From: a virus
Taxonomy: Duplodnaviria > Caudoviricetes
Direction: 5' to 3' (one strand)
IMG/VR virus record: IMGVR_UViG_3300022221_000007
Location: 1-62,533 of that record
DNA length: 62,533 nt
Positions 17,128-27,729 of this stretch are shown here, piece after piece (position 1 is the first letter of the stretch; every line of letters begins with the position of its first letter). The notes below the pieces were generated by a model, which saw nothing but the letters and a program-made list of their open reading frames with translations, did not search any database and was not told the DNA's origin. Made by a program: the position numbers and the translations under genes.

Positions 17128-17587
17128 CGATTTTAAAGAACGTGGTGCTCAGTGGATAATGCCTTTAAGAGTACGGGCTAAAGCAATAACAAGTAAACTT
17201 TACCCTTTGTGGATTATGGATTCAGTCAAATCAGAAGGTAAAATTGTATCCTCACACGTTAGAAGACTAGTTCACATACCTGAAACCTTTACAGGTTTTG
17301 TAGATTCAGCAGGGTCTTTGGTGTCAGCAACTGTCAAAAGCATAGTAAATATATTACCGTGGACTCAGATCGATAGTGCAAAAGGAGAGGGTAAAGTTAC
17401 AAACGCCGCAGTGAGACAGGTAGTAAAAATAGTAGCTCCAGAAGACCAAATCACAATTAACATAGAATCAGCAAAAGCTGATGGAAAAGTTACAGCCGCA
17501 ACAAACAGAAGGGTGGTAGTAGAAGCCACTTTATTTACAGACAGTGTAACCGCAGCAGGTTCAGTTACAGAGGCCAGTGTACTATGA
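17117..17587 (+). CDS. putative structural protein with ~35-aa internal repeats
   Basis: Repeated DSAxxxGxVxxAxVR units. Confidence 0.6.
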   Translation: MWYDDFKERGAQWIMPLRVRAKAITSKLYPLWIMDSVKSEGKIVSSHVRRLVHIPETFTGFVDSAGSLVSATVKSIVNILPWTQIDSAKGEGKVTNAAVRQVVKIVAPEDQITINIESAKADGKVTAATNRRVVVEATLFTDSVTAAGSVTEASVL

Positions 17588-18558
17588 CAATTACCAAAGA
17601 GATTCCTGTCGGCATTGCAGGGTACTTTAAGATAGAAGTAAGAAATTCCGAAGGTAAGGTAGTCAAAGAACTTCCTTGGCAAAAAAATGAAATTCTCGAC
17701 TCAGGCCTTAGATCACTACATGATTCTGCTGAATCTGCAGGATTAGGACTGGGAAAATATTGCGTTGTCGGAACTTCTGCTGATGCTGTGGATGTGGCAT
17801 TGGATACTGGCGTTAAAGCTCAGTTAGGCTCCAGAGTAGTTATGACGACTTATACTTCTAATCGAACCGGGGAATACTTTGCTAAAACATCAGAGTATAA
17901 CTGGGCAATTGGGGATACCACCGGAAACATAGCAGAAGTAGGTATTACTAATTCTACATCCACCCGTTTTCTGACTAGAGCTAGAATTAAGGATGCTTTA
18001 GGTGTTCCCACTACTATTACAGTACTAGCTGATGAGCAGCTAAGGGTCTACTACGAACTTAGGTTGTATTGGCCTATGTCAGATTTAGTAGAGATTATAA
18101 ACGTAAATGTAGGAACAGTAGCGGCTCCTGTTTGGGTAGCTACTACAATGACCACTAGACCCCTATACATAGGATCTGCTACTGGGTGGGATATATACCA
18201 AGGCAGTGGAGATGCTTTGTTTGCCCATGAGGCTGTTAGTAATTACACCGGATGGTATTCTTATGGTAGTGATATGGCTTTGGCTTTAGCTTCCGCAACT
18301 ATTCCTTCAGGAACCTTTATTGGTCAAGCTAGATATGATGCTACTTTTGTAACTCTATATGATCCTGCGCATACAACTTTTGAAATGACGGTGCCTTCTA
18401 CAAAATGGAATGTTGCAGGAGGTATTGGAGGTATGAAGTGGTCAGCTAGAGGAGACTTATATAGAACATGCTGGCAAACTAAAATAGATCCTCCTCTGCC
18501 AAAAACTAATCTGGATGTGGCAACAGTAAACTTCAGAATATCGGTTACTAGGCAGTGA
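17584..18558 (+). CDS. putative tail protein
   Basis: Beta-rich; WQKNEILDSG, GNIAEVG, TRARIKD motifs. Confidence 0.65.
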   Translation: MTITKEIPVGIAGYFKIEVRNSEGKVVKELPWQKNEILDSGLRSLHDSAESAGLGLGKYCVVGTSADAVDVALDTGVKAQLGSRVVMTTYTSNRTGEYFAKTSEYNWAIGDTTGNIAEVGITNSTSTRFLTRARIKDALGVPTTITVLADEQLRVYYELRLYWPMSDLVEIINVNVGTVAAPVWVATTMTTRPLYIGSATGWDIYQGSGDALFAHEAVSNYTGWYSYGSDMALALASATIPSGTFIGQARYDATFVTLYDPAHTTFEMTVPSTKWNVAGGIGGMKWSARGDLYRTCWQTKIDPPLPKTNLDVATVNFRISVTRQ

Positions 18559-19136
18559 TAGAGATTATATCAGAAAGGTTAGGAGGACTTTTTCTCCCTC
18601 CGGATGACAGAGCGTCCGGGGAACCTATAGATTATGAGCTCGGAGGAATTGGTATAGGAGATTCTTCTGAGGGTAGTACTTACCAAATATGGGTAGCTAT
18701 TACCGATGGGGTAAGTATATGGATACACCCAGAAAACTCTCCGGAAACTAAAACGTATATAACTTCAGGGGATGGCATTACCTTTATAGCGTTAGCATTT
18801 GATCAGCTAATGAGGCCAACAGTAGCTTATACTGATAATACTGGAACAAAACTATACTGGTATGATTCAATAATCCAAGATTACACTACGACTACTTTTC
18901 CAGGAGCTAAAAGTCCAAAACTTACTTTGGATTTAAAAAACAAAACCGCCAGTGATTCTGGTTTAAGTGATATACAGTTTTTTTATATAAAAAATAATAA
19001 AGTTTACCACCGTACCCAAAGAGATCGTTACGGGATAGAATATGATTTAGGGGGAGGGGAAGCGCATAGAATTTCAAGAGTAGGTATGTGTGCTGATTGG
19101 AGACTCAGAGTGGAAGTATTCTTTAGAACGGAGTAG
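18555..19136 (+). CDS. putative tail protein
   Basis: DYELGG...LAFDQLMRP...QRDRY pattern of phage tail proteins. Confidence 0.6.
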   Translation: MIEIISERLGGLFLPPDDRASGEPIDYELGGIGIGDSSEGSTYQIWVAITDGVSIWIHPENSPETKTYITSGDGITFIALAFDQLMRPTVAYTDNTGTKLYWYDSIIQDYTTTTFPGAKSPKLTLDLKNKTASDSGLSDIQFFYIKNNKVYHRTQRDRYGIEYDLGGGEAHRISRVGMCADWRLRVEVFFRTE

Positions 19137-19139
19137 CGA

Positions 19140-20936
19140 ATGGCTGTCAGTAACGTAATTTATTTTGAAATAACCAATGATCCATCAATATTGCTTGCAA
19201 AAATTGTAGCTGATGGTGCGTTGATATACGCAGCTATTGACCATGACCATGAAACAATAGCCCCAAGCTACCTTGATTTTAATTCAGACTTTCCTGCACC
19301 AGCCCACAAAGAAGGTAGGGTATTTTATGATAACGAAGCAAATACCTTAGCCTACTACAATGCTGAAGCTGAAGTTACTATGCAGATTGGTAAAGAGCTT
19401 TGGGTGTCTGTTCATAACGCAACCGGAGTCACTATACCTGATGGGGCTGCGGTAACTGTTACAGGTATTACTCTAGGAGGAGTTCTTGAAGTAGGTTTGG
19501 CAATAGCTTCAGATAGAGTCTCTGCACTTAATACCATAGGTATAGCCACGCACAGCATCGAGCCTGGAACAGAAGGGATAGCGACTACGGCAGGTACGGT
19601 AAATGGCGTAAACACTGTGGCGTACACGGAAGGAGCTGCTATTTGGTTGTCGGACTCTGTTCCTGGTGGGTACCAAGAAACAAGACCTAAAGCTCCCTGC
19701 TATGAAGTTCGTATGGGGGGTATTGAAAAATCCCATGCAACAGAAGGTAAGATATACGCTGAAGTTCGTATTATCGATAATGACCATGATAATAACGCCT
19801 ACTACAACGGGTCCATACTAGAGCCTAATGAGGTTCATATCCATTGTGATGGTCTTACTGTGCAATGTGAAATTCATAGTTTGGCAGCTAACAATAGAAT
19901 CTCTGCAATCATAGACCAGGACTACATCAGTATACTGGATAACACAATTATAGAACTGACCGTAGGGACAGACTCGGTACCTGTGGAAAACTGGGTTTAT
20001 ATAGATAACACGGGGGTTATAAGCAAAAGCACTTCAAGTTTCCCTACTTCTGCTCAGTACATACCAGTAGCTCGGGTAGTAGTCCCTTCTGCAGCCACAG
20101 CACAGACTTATGGAGTTTACAAAAGTCATGCTTATACCGATCATCTTCAAGGTACAAGTGGTCAAGGACACTTGAGCCATGTAAATGCCTGGATAAGAAA
20201 AAGACCAGCAGGTTGGCAGAATGGTGTTGTTCTTACTCAATCAGTAGCTGAAGGTGTTGCTGCAGCCAGTATAGGACTGTCTTACACCTCCGGAGTTGTA
20301 GCACAACTTCATGATCATACTTTTCCTGCTTACGACACGGCAATAAAGCCGGCAGCTATTGTAAACAGCCCAATACCTTACCAACAAGTAAACGGTATAA
20401 GCCCAGCTATTGATACCGATGGTCAAGGAGTTTTAATAGGAAACAATAAGTATTACAACTTAGTAGTCTGGGGAGTAATGTCAGAAGAGGATTCGGCATG
20501 TAAGATATTCTTCAACTTACCTTCAGGATCCTACACTACTGAAAGTTTGGCAATCGATGATGTACATGACACAGCCTCTTACGTAATACCTAATGAGTAC
20601 AAAGGTGCTGGGTTTTTAATTACCAGGTTAACAATACAGCGCACTAATACGACAGTTACAGTAATACCTGGGGGTACTAAAGATCTTAGAGGTGCAATAT
20701 CATCTTTAGGTGGTGTAGCAATACTCGGTGGAAGTGGTATTACTTATTTTGATAACCTAATAGATACACCAGTTAACAAAACAGGACAAGCTTTAAAACA
20801 TGTCAGGGTAGATGCTACAGAAACAACCCTTGAGTATTTTGATCCAGGCTACAACACGGTAGCAGAGATAAACGGTGGGGATTCTCTTGACAACCAAACA
20901 GACACTGTATTAGGAGGAAGTTCCCTTGGGTACTAA
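19140..20936 (+). CDS. tail fibre/spike protein
   Basis: 598 aa, G/T/V-rich, tail cluster. Confidence 0.65.
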   Translation: MAVSNVIYFEITNDPSILLAKIVADGALIYAAIDHDHETIAPSYLDFNSDFPAPAHKEGRVFYDNEANTLAYYNAEAEVTMQIGKELWVSVHNATGVTIPDGAAVTVTGITLGGVLEVGLAIASDRVSALNTIGIATHSIEPGTEGIATTAGTVNGVNTVAYTEGAAIWLSDSVPGGYQETRPKAPCYEVRMGGIEKSHATEGKIYAEVRIIDNDHDNNAYYNGSILEPNEVHIHCDGLTVQCEIHSLAANNRISAIIDQDYISILDNTIIELTVGTDSVPVENWVYIDNTGVISKSTSSFPTSAQYIPVARVVVPSAATAQTYGVYKSHAYTDHLQGTSGQGHLSHVNAWIRKRPAGWQNGVVLTQSVAEGVAAASIGLSYTSGVVAQLHDHTFPAYDTAIKPAAIVNSPIPYQQVNGISPAIDTDGQGVLIGNNKYYNLVVWGVMSEEDSACKIFFNLPSGSYTTESLAIDDVHDTASYVIPNEYKGAGFLITRLTIQRTNTTVTVIPGGTKDLRGAISSLGGVAILGGSGITYFDNLIDTPVNKTGQALKHVRVDATETTLEYFDPGYNTVAEINGGDSLDNQTDTVLGGSSLGY

Positions 20937-22119
20937 AATACTGATAAGACAAGATATAGAAGCCAATTGGGTAGTTAACAATCCAGTAGTAGCCGCAGGG
21001 GAATGGGCGTACTCAACAGACACGAAAAGAGTCAAGTTGGGAGATGGAAGCACTAGCTGGAATTCCCTGGTGTATGATGCAAATAAAGCAGTAGATATTG
21101 AATCTATTGTGTCTCATGATAACCTTCAAAATATAAATGCTAATCAGCATATTGACTGGACGTTAACTGCTGGAGCAACTATACACGTAGATAATCTTCC
21201 CCCTATTACTATTACAGATACTTTCGTGGTTGCCAATGAAACAGCGATGTTAGCATTGATAGCTCAAACAGGGGATGTTGCTGTTAGGTCCGACGAGAAA
21301 AAAACATACATACTTAAAGGTACAGCTCCTACATTACTCTCAAATTGGGAGTGGTTACAATCTCCAACAGACTTAGTTTTATCAGTAGCAGGTAAGACTG
21401 GTGCTGTAACTTTAGATATGGCTGATATTACTGATGCAGGCACAGCAGCCACAGCAGACGTGACGACTAGCGCAACGGATACTACAGCGGGGCGTGTGTT
21501 AAAGGTTGGTGACTTTGGGGTTGGTGCGTATTCTAGCCAGCTCATTACAGCAAGCCAAGTAGAAATTGACGATTATAGTTTTGGAGCAAACGGAGCAACC
21601 TACAGAGTAGTTAGTCCAACGGGGGTTTCGGCAGGGACGTATTTATTGAAAATTAACAGGTCATCAGCTAGTAATAGTGTGTTTCAAGAGCTGATGACAA
21701 TGAATGTTAGTAATTCAAAATACACAAGAATGATGAATAACTCGACTGGCGTTACGCCATGGGAAGAAATCTGGCACAGTGGTAACTTAAACTTCAGGAA
21801 ATTCAGCAGCAATGGTGTAAGTGGGCGAATTATTGCTACGGGCTTTGCGCGTTCAGCAACAGAGGCGGTTTTCCAGTTCCATGTCGGCTATACTGAAGCT
21901 GTCAGCATTTTAGATATTCTTGTAACTAGCACATTCTCTATTCAAACTTATGCGGTAGGTGTAAACGTGGCGACGAATATTCAGGGCATTCAAATGAGCT
22001 TATTAAGTAATGGCGGGGTGACTGCTTTAATTCGTATTGGTAGCCTATCAGGATTGACAGGTGGGGACGGATTGTACTTAATAACAGAAACAACGACATC
22101 GGAAATAGAATTTATTTGA
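20926..22119 (+). CDS. tail fibre with Mtd_N-like N-terminal domain
   Basis: NWVVNNPVVAAGE...KLGDGSTSWNSL; SVAGKTGAV; GRVLKVGDFG. Confidence 0.75.
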   Translation: MGTKILIRQDIEANWVVNNPVVAAGEWAYSTDTKRVKLGDGSTSWNSLVYDANKAVDIESIVSHDNLQNINANQHIDWTLTAGATIHVDNLPPITITDTFVVANETAMLALIAQTGDVAVRSDEKKTYILKGTAPTLLSNWEWLQSPTDLVLSVAGKTGAVTLDMADITDAGTAATADVTTSATDTTAGRVLKVGDFGVGAYSSQLITASQVEIDDYSFGANGATYRVVSPTGVSAGTYLLKINRSSASNSVFQELMTMNVSNSKYTRMMNNSTGVTPWEEIWHSGNLNFRKFSSNGVSGRIIATGFARSATEAVFQFHVGYTEAVSILDILVTSTFSIQTYAVGVNVATNIQGIQMSLLSNGGVTALIRIGSLSGLTGGDGLYLITETTTSEIEFI

Positions 22120-22129
22120 GGCTAATTAG

Positions 22130-22507
22130 ATGAAAACTGAACTTATAGATGGTCGAATTGAGGTCGTGTCTCAAATTTCAGAAGATACTGTTCGCAAAAC
22201 ATACTACACAAAAAACGAATCCGGTGATTACGTTGCAGGTGAAAGTGATCCATTGGATTTAACTGATGTCACATGGCTCACTGACGAAGACAAAGCAGCC
22301 GAAGCAGCACAACAGCTAGTCGATACAGAATCGGCTTGGGTAAAAGCAGAGCTAGAAAATTCAGACGTTGAAGTGCGAAAACATGAGGACTCAGCACCTC
22401 GCGCAAAGGGTGCAGATGTTCAAGTGTGGCGCACTTATCGCAATGAGTTACGGAATTACATTCAAGGTGGTGTTATTTCAACTGACAAACCAGTGAGACC
22501 AGTATGA
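22130..22507 (+). CDS. tail fibre assembly chaperone-like protein
   Basis: ESAWVKAEL...WRTYRNELRNY...PVRP. Confidence 0.65.
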   Translation: MKTELIDGRIEVVSQISEDTVRKTYYTKNESGDYVAGESDPLDLTDVTWLTDEDKAAEAAQQLVDTESAWVKAELENSDVEVRKHEDSAPRAKGADVQVWRTYRNELRNYIQGGVISTDKPVRPV

Positions 22508-22574
22508 GTAAACTGTACCAGAGGTAAATCATCATATATACTCCAAATATTCGTCAACTAACCGGTTACTGTAT

Positions 22575-23003
22575 ATGAAACATTATTGCTTCCATTTTGT
22601 TTATCCTGAGAGAATACCAGAATGGATTACTGCAATGGTTTTAGTTGGTTTTGGAATATCCTTCTCTTTACCGGGAGAAACATTATCTGTTGATGGGTAC
22701 CATGTGTTAGCAGATATAGGATTGACAGATTTTTATCTCGCAATGTTTATGACAATACTGGGTGTGCTAAGGTTAGTAGCCCTATATATTAATGGATCAT
22801 GGAAGAGAACGCCCACAATTCGGATGTATGGCGCTATAGTTGGTGCCGCAGTATTCATGTCCTTTGCCGTGGGGTTTTTTCTCCCTATCGTAACTAAAAC
22901 CATGCCACCGAATACGGCATGGGGGACGTACCTAATCCTGGCACTCTGGGATATTTACGCAAGTTATAAGGCGGGAAATGATGTTAGAGCTACTAGAAAA
23001 TAA
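22575..23003 (+). CDS. four-TM membrane protein (lysis cassette, holin/antiholin candidate)
   Basis: Hydrophobic helices; upstream of endolysin. Confidence 0.55.
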   Translation: MKHYCFHFVYPERIPEWITAMVLVGFGISFSLPGETLSVDGYHVLADIGLTDFYLAMFMTILGVLRLVALYINGSWKRTPTIRMYGAIVGAAVFMSFAVGFFLPIVTKTMPPNTAWGTYLILALWDIYASYKAGNDVRATRK

Positions 23004-23295
23004 TGCAGCAGTCCTTGTGGCTATCATCGGTGCTGTTGGAGCTGCAATTGCAGCAATAGTAGCAGCATCAAGAGGGTATAAAGCTACCCCAAAGAATATT
23101 CCTACCGGAGCTTCCTCTGGGTGTTCATCTAATGTACTTGCAGCTGTTGACCATTTACATGAAGATATCAGTAAAGTAGTAGAGTCTTTAAACACGATGA
23201 AGTCACAACATGCAGTAATGCAAGACACTTTGAACAAAGCGTATACAAAGATAGATAACATAGATGTTAATGTAAGAGTTATACGGGAGAAGTAG
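22978..23295 (+). CDS. single-TM coiled-coil protein (lysis cassette)
   Basis: N-terminal TM and heptad C-terminus. Confidence 0.55.
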   Translation: MMLELLENNAAVLVAIIGAVGAAIAAIVAASRGYKATPKNIPTGASSGCSSNVLAAVDHLHEDISKVVESLNTMKSQHAVMQDTLNKAYTKIDNIDVNVRVIREK

Positions 23296-23296
23296 T

Positions 23297-23731
23297 TTGA
23301 AAAAAATACAAGATTATGTAGTCAGAGGCCAGGACTCTCAGGGAGCTGGTTGGTTTGGAGCACCAAGAGGTGACCGACTTCATAATGGCGTAGATTTAGT
23401 ATGTAGTGACAGAGAACCGGTATGCGCTTTTCTTCCCGGTACTGTGACTAAGATTGGCTTCCCTTACAGTCCAGACTTACACCCGGACAAAGCTCATCTA
23501 CGCTATATCCAGGTAGACACCGACGGAAATCAATTACGGTACTTCTACGTTAAGCCAAGAGTAAAGCTTGGCCAAAAAGTAGGTATGAATGAAGTTTTGG
23601 GAATATCTCAGGATTTGACCAAAATGTACCCAGGCATTACCCAGCATTTTCATTTTGAAATCCGTGATCCGAGTAAAGAAATTATTCGTCCAAGTTTAAT
23701 GTTTCCAGGAGTAGAAGATGGGAATTCTTGA
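23297..23731 (+). CDS. M23 family peptidase, endolysin
   Basis: HNGVD (HxxxD) and HFHFE (HxH). Confidence 0.85.
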   Translation: MKKIQDYVVRGQDSQGAGWFGAPRGDRLHNGVDLVCSDREPVCAFLPGTVTKIGFPYSPDLHPDKAHLRYIQVDTDGNQLRYFYVKPRVKLGQKVGMNEVLGISQDLTKMYPGITQHFHFEIRDPSKEIIRPSLMFPGVEDGNS

Positions 23732-24155
23732 TAAAATATTTAGTTCAAAAAAGGTAATCGAAGATGTCACTGAAAGTGTTATTAAATCAGGGGATGCTCT
23801 CATATACACCAAGGAAGAAAAGGAAGCAGGAAGAGGTGATTTACGTGAACGGCTTCTTAAACTGTATGAACCCTTTAAACTTATACAGCGTTATCTGGCT
23901 ATTTACTACTCCTGGATTTTTGGCTTTACTTTTGTAACAACCTTCATATTGTCTATTTTTGTAGGTTTTGGGAAAGTACCAAAAGAAGTGTTAGATAACG
24001 TCATATCAGTAGCAACGGCCTTTAATATTGGATTAATTTGCTTGGCCATTGTAGGATTCTATTTTGGTGGTGGAGCAATAGAAGGTGTTGTTACAGCTAG
24101 AGCCCAGTCCCAACCTAAAGATATGCAGAAATTAACAAAAGAAATTAACAACTAA
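23718..24155 (+). CDS. holin-like membrane protein
   Basis: Two TM helices, GFYFG motif, follows endolysin. Confidence 0.6.
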   Translation: MGILDKIFSSKKVIEDVTESVIKSGDALIYTKEEKEAGRGDLRERLLKLYEPFKLIQRYLAIYYSWIFGFTFVTTFILSIFVGFGKVPKEVLDNVISVATAFNIGLICLAIVGFYFGGGAIEGVVTARAQSQPKDMQKLTKEINN

Positions 24156-24175
24156 TTTCCCCGGAGATAACCATA

Positions 24176-26173
24176 GTGTCTGAAGCAATGAACCAAGATG
24201 AAAGCCCTAACAAGAAGCTTAATAAAGCAGAATTGTTAAAAGCCTTCAAAGCTGATATGAAGTCAGCAGATACTCTCCGTCAGGAAATGGTAGGTAAGGT
24301 TGAAAATTGGAGAGCACAATATGATGGTGACCCTTACGGTAACGAAGTAAAAGGGAAATCAGCTATTGTGTCCCGTGACATTAAACGTCAGGATGAATGG
24401 CAACATGCTTCGGTAAAAGACCCATTTGTTTCTGGATCAGACATTATTCGCTGTAACCCAATAACGTATGAAGACCGTAAGGCAGCAGAACAAAATCAGT
24501 TAGTTCTTAACTACCAATTTACTCGTCAGTTTAATCGGTATGCGTTTATGACTGATGTTGTAAAACTTTATTATGCCGAAGGCACAGTTATTTCAAAAAC
24601 TTCTTGGGATTATGAAGACAAGAAAGAAACGGTAGATATGCCTATTTTTGAACTTGATCCGTTAACAATGGAACCGGTTCAGGTAGGTACAAGAGAAGTA
24701 GAGCAATTGGTAGTTATAACTAACAGACCCCATGTGGAACTATGCCGTATTGAAGACATCTACATAGACCCTACTTCCATGGGCGATATCGATAAAGCTC
24801 AGTTTGTTATTCACCGATATGAAACAGACCTTAGTACTCTTAAGCAGTCAGGTAAGTATAAAAATTTAAATAAGCTGGCTAAAACAATGGCCGGTACCGA
24901 TGGTGATGACTACCAAGAAGAAGATGACACAAACTTCAGATTCCAAGACCAAGCCCGTAAGAAAGTTTTAGCTTATGAGTATTGGGGAAAATACGACGTT
25001 AACAATGACGGAATAGCTGAACCAATCGTTTGTACCTGGGTAGAAGACGTAGTGATTCAACTGCAAGAAAACCCTTATCCGGACAAAAAGATTCCATTCC
25101 TGGTCACTAAAAACAACTCAATACCTTTCAAGATGCACGGTGAAGCAAACGCTGAGCTTATTGGCGATAACCAAAAAGTAACCACAGCTATTAAGCGTGG
25201 TATTTTGGACAACATGGGTAATTCAAACAATGGTCAGAAAGGTATTCGTTCTGGTGCATTGAGTGACCTAAACAAGAAACGATTCTTGAACGGTAAAAAC
25301 TTTGAGTTCCAGGGTAACGTAACAGATTTCTTTGAAGGTGCTTATAACCCACTACCAAACAGTGTGTTTCAAGTCATGGACATGCTCAATGGGGAAAATG
25401 AGTCCATGCTCGGTGTTAAGAGTTTCAGTGGTGGTATAAGTGGTTCTGCTATGGGAAGTACTGCCAGAGCTGCTGGAGGAGTACTGGACGCAGTTTCTGT
25501 CCGTAGATTGGACATCGTAAGGAACTTAGCCGAAAACCTTATCAAACCTCTTATGCGTAAGTGGATGGCATATAACTCTGAGTTTTTACAACCAGAAGAA
25601 ACTGTGCGGATTACTAACGAGGATTTTGTACCGGTAAAACGTAATGACCTGCATGGACTGGTAGATATAGAAATTGAAGTAACTACCGCAGAAGATAATA
25701 GTGCTAAAGCCCAGGAGTTAGCGTTCTTGCTGCAAACCCTGGGTCAAGGTATGGACCCATCGATGCAAAAAATGATAATGGGTCAAATAGCTAAGCTTAA
25801 CAAGATGCCTGACCTAGCTAAGCAAATTGAAGAGTTCCAACCTCAGCCTGATCCTTATATTGAAGAAATGAAAATGCTTGAGATGGAAAAACTCAAAGCT
25901 GAAATTAAAGAACGTCTATCTCGGGCTAACGAAAATGCTGTTGATATTCGGGCTAAGATTGCTAAAGCAGCTCTTGATGAAGCTAGAGCAAGACACCTTG
26001 GCTCTGATGCTGACCTTAAAGACCTGGAGTTTTCCGACAGGGCTCAGGGCAAAGACCTTGAAAAAGAAATAGCTCGTAAAGACCATGATAGAGGTACAAA
26101 ACTAATGGCTCAACATGCTGGAGATCAAACAAAGAAGCAGTTGAAAGCTGCTGATGTGTTGACCAAGCAGTAA
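24176..26173 (+). CDS. portal protein (N4-type)
   Basis: 665 aa; NPITYEDRKAAEQN..LNYQF, YIDP, ENPYPDKKIPF. Confidence 0.9.
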   Translation: MSEAMNQDESPNKKLNKAELLKAFKADMKSADTLRQEMVGKVENWRAQYDGDPYGNEVKGKSAIVSRDIKRQDEWQHASVKDPFVSGSDIIRCNPITYEDRKAAEQNQLVLNYQFTRQFNRYAFMTDVVKLYYAEGTVISKTSWDYEDKKETVDMPIFELDPLTMEPVQVGTREVEQLVVITNRPHVELCRIEDIYIDPTSMGDIDKAQFVIHRYETDLSTLKQSGKYKNLNKLAKTMAGTDGDDYQEEDDTNFRFQDQARKKVLAYEYWGKYDVNNDGIAEPIVCTWVEDVVIQLQENPYPDKKIPFLVTKNNSIPFKMHGEANAELIGDNQKVTTAIKRGILDNMGNSNNGQKGIRSGALSDLNKKRFLNGKNFEFQGNVTDFFEGAYNPLPNSVFQVMDMLNGENESMLGVKSFSGGISGSAMGSTARAAGGVLDAVSVRRLDIVRNLAENLIKPLMRKWMAYNSEFLQPEETVRITNEDFVPVKRNDLHGLVDIEIEVTTAEDNSAKAQELAFLLQTLGQGMDPSMQKMIMGQIAKLNKMPDLAKQIEEFQPQPDPYIEEMKMLEMEKLKAEIKERLSRANENAVDIRAKIAKAALDEARARHLGSDADLKDLEFSDRAQGKDLEKEIARKDHDRGTKLMAQHAGDQTKKQLKAADVLTKQ

Positions 26174-26186
26174 AGTCTGCTATAAC
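26159..26186 (+). promoter_or_regulatory. sigma70-like late promoter for head genes
   Basis: TTGACC-16 nt-TATAAC with extended -10 TG. Confidence 0.45.
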
Positions 26187-26240
26187 ATGCAGATACTTGT
26201 AACAAACTAAACCACTAACCGGACTCAAAAGGTAAACTAA

Positions 26241-26573
26241 ATGAGCAACCAAGAACAGATCGAACTAGAAACAATTGAAGTAGAACATCACCGTACAATG
26301 GGTGAAGCACTAATACGCCTAAAAGAAAATGAAGATTTTAAAACTGTAATTATGGATGGTTACTTAGGCCAGAGTGTAAAGTCTTCAGTCAGCTTGCTTG
26401 CTGTTCCTCAGATTAAAGCACAAGGGCGTAGAGTAGACATTATGGAAGACCTAGTTGCTGCGAGCAACTTAAAGTACTTTTTCCGTATGGTTGAAAATTT
26501 CTACCAGGGTGTTGTTAATCCAGTTCTTAGCGATGAAGAAGAAGCTGAGAGAGCTGAGCAGGGAGAACACTAA
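26241..26573 (+). CDS. conserved N4-like head-region protein
   Basis: GEALIRLKENEDFKTVIMDGY; between portal and scaffold. Confidence 0.7.
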   Translation: MSNQEQIELETIEVEHHRTMGEALIRLKENEDFKTVIMDGYLGQSVKSSVSLLAVPQIKAQGRRVDIMEDLVAASNLKYFFRMVENFYQGVVNPVLSDEEEAERAEQGEH

Positions 26574-27703
26574 TGTCAGAGCAGCTAACGGAAGAAGATG
26601 TATTCAGTAATGATGTAGACCCGTTGGATGGTATTCGTGAACTTCGTAGAGCAGAAGGGGTAGCTGAAGAGGATCTAATTGCTCCTGCAGATTCTGTGTT
26701 AGCTGCTGATTCTGATATTAAAGACGAATTACCAGTCGATACAGATTTAGATGCATTTGAAACTCCGGCAGAACCAGAGGCCAAACTGGATGAAATTAAG
26801 GATGAAGAGGAAGATACCCCTCTGGAAAAAGACCCGAAAAATGCTGATGACCCAGAAGTTATTGACGGTGATGAAAAACAGAAACCTGACAGCACTGAAA
26901 CAGCAAAATTAAAGTTTAGAGCTAATGGTCAGGATTTTGAGTTTACCCCGGAAGAAGTTCAAGCTCAGTTTGAAACTGTGTTTGGTCAAGCAATGGATTA
27001 TACTCAAAAGCTTCAAAAAATTGCTCCTTACCGAAAAATGATTTCGGCTATTGAAGAAGAAGGTATTACCCAAGAGCAATTAAATATCGCTATCGATGCG
27101 TTAAAGGGTGACAAGGGTGCTCTAACAAAATTGTTAGAAGCAAACGATATTGATAAGTATGATCTTGGTAACGATGAGGAAGCCCCTTACGTTCCAGGTG
27201 ACTACGGTAAGGAAGAAAGTCAGCAGGAGTTAGCTCAAGTGGCTTCTATTATAGCTGCTGACCCAGAATATAAAATAACCGTCGATGTCATTGATAATCA
27301 ATGGGACGGTGAATCCAGAGATGTGTTGCGTAAAAACCCTAAATTTATTCAGGGACTACATAATGACATAAAATCTGGTGTGTATGCTGAAGTCGCTGTA
27401 GAAGCGATGAAAATGAAAGTTCTCGATAGAAATTCCAAGTCAGACATAGAATACTACATGCTTGCAGGTCAGCAGCGTTCAGCTAATCAACAAACCCAGA
27501 ATGCCCAGGGAAATGTTGATGCTCTGAACAAGCAGACACAAGATGCAGTAGCTAAAGCTGATACGGCATCATCAGAGGCTCAACAGAAACGTGCTGCCAC
27601 CTCCACTGGAGCAAGGGCTGATCGTAAAGGAGTTGTCGACTACTTAGATGACAACGATGAAGACTATGACGCATGGTACGCAAAATTGCAGGCCAGCGTT
27701 TAA
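26573..27703 (+). CDS. putative capsid scaffolding protein (N4 gp57-like)
   Basis: Acidic N-terminus, FRANG...MDYTQK; upstream of MCP. Confidence 0.7.
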   Translation: MSEQLTEEDVFSNDVDPLDGIRELRRAEGVAEEDLIAPADSVLAADSDIKDELPVDTDLDAFETPAEPEAKLDEIKDEEEDTPLEKDPKNADDPEVIDGDEKQKPDSTETAKLKFRANGQDFEFTPEEVQAQFETVFGQAMDYTQKLQKIAPYRKMISAIEEEGITQEQLNIAIDALKGDKGALTKLLEANDIDKYDLGNDEEAPYVPGDYGKEESQQELAQVASIIAADPEYKITVDVIDNQWDGESRDVLRKNPKFIQGLHNDIKSGVYAEVAVEAMKMKVLDRNSKSDIEYYMLAGQQRSANQQTQNAQGNVDALNKQTQDAVAKADTASSEAQQKRAATSTGARADRKGVVDYLDDNDEDYDAWYAKLQASV

Positions 27704-27729
27704 ATCGCACTTACTGAGGATTACCTCTC

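Noticed and set aside
20926-22119. Diversity-generating retroelement (Mtd-like N-terminus)
   Set aside because: No reverse transcriptase and no template/variable repeat pair seen in the window.
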